Shown here: in pieces, positions 26,068-32,718 of the stretch
Layout: the number at the start of each line of letters is the position of its first letter
How positions within the stretch are numbered: position 1 is the stretch's first letter
Virus record (IMG/VR): IMGVR_UViG_2974541498_000001
Coordinates: 32,001 to 96,000 of that record
DNA from: a virus
Taxonomy: Duplodnaviria; Caudoviricetes
DNA length: 64,000 nucleotides
Strand: one strand, 5' to 3'
The notes under the pieces: generated by a model
Told to the model about the DNA's origin: nothing
Databases searched by the model: none
What the model saw: only the letters and a program-made list of their open reading frames with translations
Translations under genes and position numbers: made by a program

Positions 26068-26458
26068 TAAAAAGGATAGTTCCCTATCCTTCAACATGAG
26101 GTTTATCCTTTCGAGTTCCCTCGATAATTCCACTATTAAAAGTGTACTCAGGTAGAGTATGACTGGATAGTCACCCAACCTATAACCATCTAATGCCAGC
26201 ACTAGATTTTGGGATGATCCATATTAGGAATCGCCTTATTGCTTTATTCCCCATGTTTGACCTGACCAAGGAAGATTACTAATTAATGTCAGGTAGCAAG
26301 ATCATTGTCTTACCTTATTTACCTAATTATTCCGAAGTTACTTAGGCCATTCCTATTATTTATGTATACTACCCAATAAGGGATAATTTTTAAGAATAAT
26401 AATATTAATTATTATTTACTTAATTTCAGCTTATTGGTAGATTTCAATATCTTTATCA
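26068..26458 (-). ncRNA. large structured non-coding RNA candidate (~390 nt)
   Basis: TATAAT at 26464..26469, multiple long-range helices and tetraloop hairpins, terminator 26070..26091, no minus-strand ORF in the track. Confidence 0.65.
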
Positions 26459-26547
26459 ATACTATTATAAAGTAGTCGATCGCACTAGTTTAGTAGTTCA
26501 AAAAACAATAAGTGCCTTTAACTTGTGCTTATTCGATTATATGACTC

Positions 26548-27060
26548 CTATTTTAATACGTCTTCTGGCGCCGGTGTCCATGGCGTTGCAATTGTACCTT
26601 TCTCCAATTTAAAGAACCTAACATATACGTCCATTGTTCCATACAAATCAAAAGCATATGCGTTACCATTAAATGAAATCGTTCTTGAAACCCGTTGCCA
26701 ATCACTAGTTGGATTCATACCGGCCAGCTGATCGGGTTCTGCCCAATTTTCCCATCCTAGTCTATCAACTTTGCCGGTTCCTTTAACATCGACCGAGATA
26801 ACATAATTTCCACTTGTTGGAAAATTAAAAAAGGAATAAAATCCTGAACTATTGTTAGTTCCAATGACATGTAGCGCTACTTCGCCACTATCCATTGTAA
26901 CTTTCTGGATTGTACCTCCCGAATTACCGGTAATGCCACCCCACGAAGAATCATATGAACCCTTAATCAGATTACGCCCGTAAACCAGCCTGCCATTGCT
27001 CATCACCTTGTCTACTGGCATGCCATCAACAACACATGCTCTACCGTTGATCGTTGACAT
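26548..27060 (-). CDS. carbohydrate-binding-like tail module protein
   Basis: GRNLIKGS...KLEKGTIATPWTPAPED, same module as in 9041..11251; higher GC than flanks. Confidence 0.7.
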   Translation of the reverse strand: MSTINGRACVVDGMPVDKVMSNGRLVYGRNLIKGSYDSSWGGITGNSGGTIQKVTMDSGEVALHVIGTNNSSGFYSFFNFPTSGNYVISVDVKGTGKVDRLGWENWAEPDQLAGMNPTSDWQRVSRTISFNGNAYAFDLYGTMDVYVRFFKLEKGTIATPWTPAPEDVLK

Positions 27061-27064
27061 TCAA

Positions 27065-27286
27065 TCACCCCTTAATAAAGTAGACGCCAGACTTGTCAGC
27101 CAATGCGTCATATTCAGCCTGCGAGATGATATTGATGACGGCGTCTTTACCAGGATCACCCTTATCCCCCTTAATCGTGCTGACAGCGTCTATTTTCTTT
27201 TCTGTATCCTGAACACCCGTTTCAATATGATTAAGCTTTTCTGCTGTAATTATTTCTTCACTTACCCAATTATGTGGGTTATACAT
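27065..27286 (-). CDS. small tail-associated protein with collagen-like triplets
   Basis: Y.PH.W....IITAEKLNHIE.GV, GDKGDPGKD, ISQAEYDALADKSGVYFI. Confidence 0.7.
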   Translation of the reverse strand: MYNPHNWVSEEIITAEKLNHIETGVQDTEKKIDAVSTIKGDKGDPGKDAVINIISQAEYDALADKSGVYFIKG

Positions 27287-27287
27287 A

Positions 27288-27338
27288 TTAGTTTACCTCG
27301 CTTTTGTCTACAACTTCTTTATCAATGGCACTACTATA
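27288..27338 (-). repeat. 51-bp inverted copy of the last 17 codons of baseplate gene 60072..62720
   Basis: 46/51 identity to 62670..62720 by manual alignment. Confidence 0.9.
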
Positions 27339-27346
27339 TGATTTAG

Positions 27347-27387
27347 AAAAAGCTAACCCCATATCTGATTGATATATGTTAGCCTTT
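27347..27387 (-). terminator. terminator of tRNA operon
   Basis: AAAGGCTAAC...GTTAGCTTTTT. Confidence 0.6.
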
Positions 27388-27434
27388 AAAATTAATATAG
27401 TTTAATGGGTTTATATTTCTTATGATTCTGATAA

Positions 27435-27520
27435 CGGAAAGTACAGGACTCGAACCTGCAATACCCAAGGGGTACAACGAGTTAGCAACCCGCTTCAATA
27501 CCAATTATGATTAACTTTCC
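27435..27520 (-). tRNA. tRNA-Ser(GCU)
   Basis: anticodon loop TTGCTAA, long variable arm, GTTCGAGTCC. Confidence 0.9.
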
Positions 27521-27533
27521 ATGATAATGATAA

Positions 27534-27606
27534 CTGCCCTGACTGGACTCGGACCAGTGACCTTCGCAGTAACAGTGCGCCGTTCTACCAACTGAACTAC
27601 AGAGCA
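27534..27606 (-). tRNA. tRNA-Asn(GUU)
   Basis: loop CTGTTAC; atypical T-loop TCCGAGT. Confidence 0.8.
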
Positions 27607-27680
27607 TTAATAGTACACCATAAAAGGACATTAATGGTAAACAGTGTACTGACGTTTTACCTTATTGTATTTATGCTACA

Positions 27681-27751
27681 AGCGGACAACGAGAATCGAA
27701 CTCGCATCTACAGCTTGGAAGGCTGTTATTCTACCATTGAACTATGTCCGC
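27681..27751 (-). tRNA. tRNA-Gly(UCC)
   Basis: ACAGC-CTTCCAA-GCTGT, U73. Confidence 0.92.
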
Positions 27752-27782
27752 ACAAATTGACAAGGGGTCAAAGTGAACCCTA

Positions 27783-27857
27783 TTGCGGTAATGGGAGTCG
27801 AACCCAATATTTATAGGTTATGAGCCTATCGTGATTAATCCGTTTCACTCTACCGCA
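27783..27857 (-). tRNA. tRNA-Met/Ile2(CAU)
   Basis: ATAGG-CTCATAA-CCTAT; lacks three consecutive GC pairs of an initiator. Confidence 0.85.
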
Positions 27858-27859
27858 TA

Positions 27860-27933
27860 TCAGGATAATAGGATTTGAACCTATACTCTCGGAGCCCCAA
27901 ACTCCGCGCTTTTCCAAATTGAGCTATATCCTG
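27860..27933 (-). tRNA. tRNA-Pro(UGG)
   Basis: CGGAG-TTTGGGG-CTCCG. Confidence 0.9.
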
Positions 27934-27937
27934 CTAT

Positions 27938-28057
27938 TTCATTAGACAGGATTCGATACCTGCATAATCCCGATCCACCACGCTATTCGGGCCTTTAGTA
28001 CCTTAATCTGTAAAGATAGATATTGGTCTTGGGTTTGCTTACTTTGCATACTAATGA
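27938..28057 (-). ncRNA. tRNA-like RNA with expanded anticodon/variable region
   Basis: acceptor TCATTAG/CTAATGA, D-like arm, T arm GCAGG-TATCGAAT-CCTGT, ~65-70 nt central insert. Confidence 0.6.
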
Positions 28058-28120
28058 TTGCCCTTTCCTCAAACCGTTCGTATAGAGGATACGACCTCAA
28101 CGATTTTACACCTCAGGCAA

Positions 28121-28204
28121 TGCCCCTAGCAGGAGTTGAACCTGCACGATATTTCTATCACAAGGTTCTAAACCTTGCATGCCTACCAATTACATCATAG
28201 GGGC
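28121..28204 (-). tRNA. tRNA-Leu(UAG)
   Basis: CAAGG-TTTAGAA-CCTTG, long variable arm. Confidence 0.9.
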
Positions 28205-28423
28205 GTTTATTAGATTTAATATAATACTTCTATATTCTTCAATAGAGGTATTAATATCTCCACTCTCTAATTCTATATATCTTTCTTTATCGATTCCTAA
28301 TAACTTACTAGCAGAATCTTGATTCATTCCTTTAGTAATTCTAATAGATAGTAAATCATTTGATAATTTATATTGTTCTGAATTATATAGTTTTTCTAAA
28401 TCAGAATTACTATTAGATTTCAT
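28190..28423 (-). CDS. XRE-family helix-turn-helix protein
   Basis: IRITKGMNQDSASKLLGIDKERYIELESG; AGGAGG RBS. Confidence 0.8.
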   Translation of the reverse strand: MKSNSNSDLEKLYNSEQYKLSNDLLSIRITKGMNQDSASKLLGIDKERYIELESGDINTSIEEYRSIILNLINAPMM

Positions 28424-28436
28424 ACTATGCCTCCTA

Positions 28437-28510
28437 TGCTCCTGGCAGGACTCGAACCTGCGACCTCCTGCTTACAAAGCAGATGCTCTACCCAACTGAG
28501 CTACTGGAGC
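28437..28510 (-). tRNA. tRNA-Thr(UGU)
   Basis: TCTGC-TTTGTAA-GCAGG. Confidence 0.9.
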
Positions 28511-28722
28511 GATTAGAAGGAATATAGAAAGTTTTAAGAGTCTTCCTTCCCAGTGATAATTTTATTTATATCCCAACAATCAATATACTTTACGTGTATA
28601 TAGCCGATCACTATTCTCTTTTTAATAATATAGTAGCTGGGAATACTATACTATTTACATGTTTCTTAGCTTTATGGATGCTATCCAAGGGAGGTTTCAG
28701 CCCGATTTTAATTATCTAATTA

Positions 28723-29451
28723 TTAACGAACATATCCAATATACTTATAATTAATTCCAATTTTTCTCTTAATACTAGAATATTCGTCAAAAGAAATATC
28801 ATCTAAAGCTATTACATAATCATTTATTCCTGATAAAGATAAATCTAAAGGAATCCCATAAGTTGAAAGACGAATTGGAGATATACATGTAATGTTATCA
28901 CACTCAGATGGTAAACTTTCTACAAAGTTTTTAACAATTCTTTCATTCCTGCCAATAAATAAAACTTTTTTATTGTGCTTAACTTCATTAATGATAGCTT
29001 TTCTAATCTCAAAAGTCTTACCAATTTGTCTATGAATTTCAGGGAAATTATCAATATATACGCCCTCTGATACTTTATCTAGAACGGTAAAGCTAGTTGG
29101 TAAGTTAATATCATAACTTTTTACTAATCTTTTTGCTACTAGTGGATCTATTCCGGAGTATAGGTTATTTGCCTGTTCAGAATAACTATTAGATACTTGG
29201 AATAATTCATTACTTAAATTCTTAACTACTACAATACTCTTATCAGCAATTCCATAAGTATCTTCATAAGCCTTAATAGAATCTTCTATATCCTTATCAG
29301 AAAATGGTGAAAATTCTTTGCTATCAACATTACCCATTTCTAACTTTTCTAATACCTCTCTATACTGATAAACCTTGCTTTTAAGTCCGTTATCCATAAA
29401 GTTTAATTTAATATAATCCGTATTGGTTCCCTTTAAAATTTCCACTTTCAA
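28723..29451 (-). CDS. hypothetical protein within tRNA cluster
   Basis: 242-aa ORF, AAGGAGG RBS, TTG start. Confidence 0.75.
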   Translation of the reverse strand: MKVEILKGTNTDYIKLNFMDNGLKSKVYQYREVLEKLEMGNVDSKEFSPFSDKDIEDSIKAYEDTYGIADKSIVVVKNLSNELFQVSNSYSEQANNLYSGIDPLVAKRLVKSYDINLPTSFTVLDKVSEGVYIDNFPEIHRQIGKTFEIRKAIINEVKHNKKVLFIGRNERIVKNFVESLPSECDNITCISPIRLSTYGIPLDLSLSGINDYVIALDDISFDEYSSIKRKIGINYKYIGYVR

Positions 29452-29482
29452 TCCTCCTTTTTAGTTAAATGTGTTAATAATA

Positions 29483-29556
29483 TACTCCTGGTATGACTTG
29501 AACATACGACCTCTCAATTATAAGTTAAGCGCTCTAACCATCTGAGCTACAGGAGT
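29483..29556 (-). tRNA. tRNA-Ile(UAU)
   Basis: CTTAA-CTTATAA-TTGAG. Confidence 0.88.
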
Positions 29557-29568
29557 AAAATGTTACAA

Positions 29569-29640
29569 TGGAGAATGATTGAATCGAACAATCGCACATA
29601 GCGCTTCAAGCTACTGCTCTACCAACTGAGCTAACTCTCC
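29569..29640 (-). tRNA. tRNA-Phe(GAA)
   Basis: GTAGC-TTGAAGC-GCTAT. Confidence 0.82.
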
Positions 29641-29742
29641 AAAATAATAACTAACAGCCGCAAGGAGAAATCAAGGAGAAGTTGATTCAATAATATAGAT
29701 AAGATCAACGGCTGCTAGCTATCTAAAAGTTTCCACAACTTT

Positions 29743-29770
29743 ATTATAACACAAAACAATTTAATGTCAA
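29743..29770 (-). promoter_or_regulatory. consensus sigmaA promoter for tRNA operon
   Basis: TTGACA-16bp(TG)-TATAAT. Confidence 0.75.
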
Positions 29771-29777
29771 GTGTTAA

Positions 29778-29849
29778 TGCCCCATCAAGGACTCGAACCT
29801 TGATTATCGGTTTAGAAGACCGATGTGATATCCCTTACACTAATGGGGC
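29778..29849 (-). tRNA. tRNA-Arg(UCU)
   Basis: TCGGT-CTTCTAA-ACCGA; own promoter TTGACA(29900)..TATAAT(29876). Confidence 0.92.
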
Positions 29850-29916
29850 ATTACTTATTTCTATAATCTTATTATAGCATACTATCTAATATTCTGTCAA
29901 GCACTTTATAATAAAA

Positions 29917-29963
29917 AGTAGCAATAGGAATCGAACCTATTAATCACCCTACCAAGGGCTACT
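29917..29963 (-). ncRNA. anticodon-less mini tRNA-like RNA
   Basis: AGTAGC/GCTACT stem, CCT-TGGT-AGG D-like arm, intact ATAGG-TTCGATT-CCTAT T arm. Confidence 0.5.
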
Positions 29964-30036
29964 AGCGATTACTAACAATCGATAAACACATCTTATCATA
30001 TTAATTTAAATATGTCAAGATATTAAAACAAATATT

Positions 30037-30318
30037 TTAACTTTTTCTAAATAGTCTATCAAATAGAATCTTTAAGCAATTATATAAGTACACTACTATC
30101 GAAAGTAAAACAATTACTAATATAATTATTAAAAATATACTAACTATCCATTTACTAATATTTAAAGCAAATTTGCTTATATAACAAACAAAACTAATTC
30201 CAATGATAATAGAAGAACTTACTATTAAAAATAGTAACATTTGAAGGCTATCTCTGCCTAGTTTAATAAGATCCTCACTATTAAAAATATCAGCTAGAAA
30301 GTTTTTAACTTTTCTCAT
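30037..30318 (-). CDS. two-TM membrane protein
   Basis: 93 aa, hydrophobic. Confidence 0.7.
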   Translation of the reverse strand: MRKVKNFLADIFNSEDLIKLGRDSLQMLLFLIVSSSIIIGISFVCYISKFALNISKWIVSIFLIIILVIVLLSIVVYLYNCLKILFDRLFRKS

Positions 30319-30590
30319 AAATTAGCCTTCCTTTTATTGAATGCCCGGAACCTGTGTCAAATTAAGCAGGTTAGACCCTATTAAATTTGTATAAGCTTCA
30401 AGGGAACTACAATACTTGTCAATAAGGATCTATTAATAGTGGTATCAGTATATTTACCTCGCTTTTTTAAGGACTTCCTCAACCGGTTTGGGTATTGTCT
30501 TGATTACATTTATTAGTATAGCATATTTTTATTACTTGTCAAGCTAATATGTATAAAAAATCCAGCAGAACTTAGTCTACTGGATAGCTT

Positions 30591-30788
30591 TTAAAATATA
30601 ACGTGTAATACTCCAAGAATAATCCAGATACCAAATACCCAAGCTAACGTTAAAGCGGGTAACACTAAATGGAAAATTCCAATTAATACAACTGACCACA
30701 CTAGCCAAACTAAAAACCATGTAATAAAGAAACTTAATACTATTCCTAAGGCAAATAATAAAACTACCCCTAAACTTTTACCAAACAT
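30591..30788 (-). CDS. small membrane protein
   Basis: 65 aa, almost entirely hydrophobic. Confidence 0.7.
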   Translation of the reverse strand: MFGKSLGVVLLFALGIVLSFFITWFLVWLVWSVVLIGIFHLVLPALTLAWVFGIWIILGVLHVIF

Positions 30789-30815
30789 TTTATGATTCCT
30801 CTCTACTTAAAATAT

Positions 30816-30992
30816 CTAAATTATGGTTAAATCTGGCAAATTTAAATGGAAAATTCCAATCAATACAAACGACCAAACCCACCAAACCAACATTTGTAAA
30901 ATGGTAGTTCCCAATACTATTCCTATTCCAAATAATAATAAGGGTAGTACATCAGAACAATATCCAGATAATAAATCTAGCCAATCCTTCAT
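30816..30992 (-). CDS. small membrane protein (not in ORF track), partial paralog of 30591..30788
   Basis: 58 aa MKDWLDLLSG...LVWWVWSFVLIGIFHLNLPDLTII, AAGGGG RBS. Confidence 0.65.
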   Translation of the reverse strand: MKDWLDLLSGYCSDVLPLLLFGIGIVLGTTILQMLVWWVWSFVLIGIFHLNLPDLTII

Positions 30993-31006
30993 TTTTATCC
31001 CCCTTT

Positions 31007-31180
31007 CTACTTATTAAAATACCATACAGCCAATAATAGCAGGATTAGCATGGTTGACATAAAAATTCTTCCTAGGATACTACTATTATTAAGTTTTCCA
31101 ATATTAAGGTTGCCAATCAAGGACGGCACTAATAAAAGGCATAAAATACCAGATAAAAATCCTGCTAACCAATCATTCAT
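31007..31180 (-). CDS. small membrane protein (MNDWLAG family)
   Basis: two TM segments; paralog of 31334..31522. Confidence 0.7.
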   Translation of the reverse strand: MNDWLAGFLSGILCLLLVPSLIGNLNIGKLNNSSILGRIFMSTMLILLLLAVWYFNK

Positions 31181-31313
31181 TTTTACCACCCTTTCTAATA
31201 AAAGAATACCCTGCTTCTGTTAGAATATTTTCTATATCCTCCTGAGTAAATTCTGCTACCGGAGGGTTCCAATTGTTCGGATCAAAATACATACTTTTAT
31301 TAAATTGTGTCAT
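31173..31313 (-). CDS. 46-aa hypothetical protein (not in ORF track)
   Basis: MTQFNKSMYFDPNNWNPP..., GAGGTG RBS, stop overlaps next start. Confidence 0.5.
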   Translation of the reverse strand: MTQFNKSMYFDPNNWNPPVAEFTQEDIENILTEAGYSFIRKGGKNE

Positions 31314-31333
31314 ATATCCACCTCTTAAATAGC

Positions 31334-31522
31334 TTATCGTAATTTGTTAGAAATAAAAACAATAACTATAATAAATAGAACGAATAAGGTCATGAATACT
31401 TTACCAGCAATAGTGTGATTACTTAATCCCCAATATTCTGCATCACCGAATAGTATAGGAAGTAAATTAAACAATAATATTCCGGTAATAGCTCCGGCCA
31501 ACCAATCATTCAATAATATCAC
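31334..31522 (-). CDS. small membrane protein (NDWLAG family)
   Basis: two TM segments. Confidence 0.7.
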   Translation of the reverse strand: MILLNDWLAGAITGILLFNLLPILFGDAEYWGLSNHTIAGKVFMTLFVLFIIVIVFISNKLR

Positions 31523-31559
31523 CCGCCTTAAATTTAATCCAATGATCTGAATAAACTAC

Positions 31560-32114
31560 CTAATAATTAGTATTACCCGATATATAATCTTTTACCTTTT
31601 TCGTAGGGTTATCTATATAGTTAATTGCATCTAGATTCTGTTTAACTGCGGCTAATTGAATCTCTTCTGATGGATTAGAAAAATATACAATATTGTACCC
31701 ATGATGTTTAACTGCTCTAAGCATATTTTCTTCCTTAATAACTCCCCGGTTAATCCGGTCAGAAATATGATAATGATCGTCAAGTGCTTTTACAAGTTCC
31801 CCACTTTTAGGAAAGATTAATTCTCTAACTATTTTTAGGTCACTAACAGCTATAGCAGAGTTATAACCAGACCTAGCTATAGCACCCCATCCTTCAACTT
31901 CTGCAACACGAACATTGCGAAAGTCATAGTAACTAAAGCAATCAGCTAATTTTGTACAAAAGTGCATACCAGGTGTTTTAGCGCTGATGTTAGTATCTTC
32001 ATGGTAGACTTTGCCAACACAGTATAGCTTGTCATTACAGTACCAATCATCTCCAAATACTTTGTACCCCTTAATACTATTTTTTTCACTAATGGTTTCC
32101 ATAAACAATATCAC
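31560..32114 (-). CDS. hypothetical phage protein (GYK.F...C...Y..G...GMHFC domain plus DUF4116-like repeats)
   Basis: N-terminal motif common in phages; C-terminal EEIQLAAVKQN.DAI.YI repeat. Confidence 0.7.
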   Translation of the reverse strand: MILFMETISEKNSIKGYKVFGDDWYCNDKLYCVGKVYHEDTNISAKTPGMHFCTKLADCFSYYDFRNVRVAEVEGWGAIARSGYNSAIAVSDLKIVRELIFPKSGELVKALDDHYHISDRINRGVIKEENMLRAVKHHGYNIVYFSNPSEEIQLAAVKQNLDAINYIDNPTKKVKDYISGNTNY

Positions 32115-32718
32115 CAGCCTTAAATTTAACCCAATGGTCTGAACATACTACCTTATAGTTAGTATCGCCGATAACTACGTCACCCTTAGAGGTATCAAAT
32201 ACTGGCTTACCATCGACTAATAATAAGTTATGAGTAGCCTTCTTACCACAATAATCGCAGATAGTTTTAACTTCTCTAATATCATCAGCATTCTCTAGCC
32301 ATGCTTTAGACCCCTCAAATAGCTTACCACCAAAGTTGGTTAGCAATCCATATGCCATAATAACTCCATTTTCACTAGTATCCCTTTTAACCCGAATACT
32401 ATTCCCCAAACATAGGGCATTAATAAATTCTGGACTAAAAAATTGGCATTCATCTAATAAAATAGGTCTATCCTGTTCCATAGCTGTTTCTAAAATGTAT
32501 CCAGCAACTTCTTTAGGATGTTCCTTACCTACACTATATGTTGCTTCTTCTTCAATACCTACCCGGCTAGAAACAATAGTATCACCTGATCTAGTATCCT
32601 GACTTGGCTTAACTAAAATAGGCTTAATACCCTTTTCAGTATAATTATGATAGACCATAAGAAGATTAGCGGTCTTAGAAGACTTCATCGTTCCATAATA
32701 ATAAAATACTTTTCCCAT
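32089..32718 (-). CDS. tdk: thymidine kinase
   Basis: YGTMKSSKT P-loop, SSRVG, LLDECQF, YGL..NF.G.LFEGS, C..CG.KA Zn site. Confidence 0.93.
   Translation of the reverse strand: MGKVFYYYGTMKSSKTANLLMVYHNYTEKGIKPILVKPSQDTRSGDTIVSSRVGIEEEATYSVGKEHPKEVAGYILETAMEQDRPILLDECQFFSPEFINALCLGNSIRVKRDTSENGVIMAYGLLTNFGGKLFEGSKAWLENADDIREVKTICDYCGKKATHNLLLVDGKPVFDTSKGDVVIGDTNYKVVCSDHWVKFKAGDIVYGNH

Noticed and set aside
26068-26458. Identification as tmRNA, RNase P RNA or group I/II intron
   Set aside because: No T-loop/acceptor end, no GAGGAAAGUCC P4 motif, no recognisable P7 or domain V, and no interrupted gene.
27634-27816. 60-aa plus-strand ORF
   Set aside because: Antisense to tRNA-Gly and tRNA-Met; spurious.
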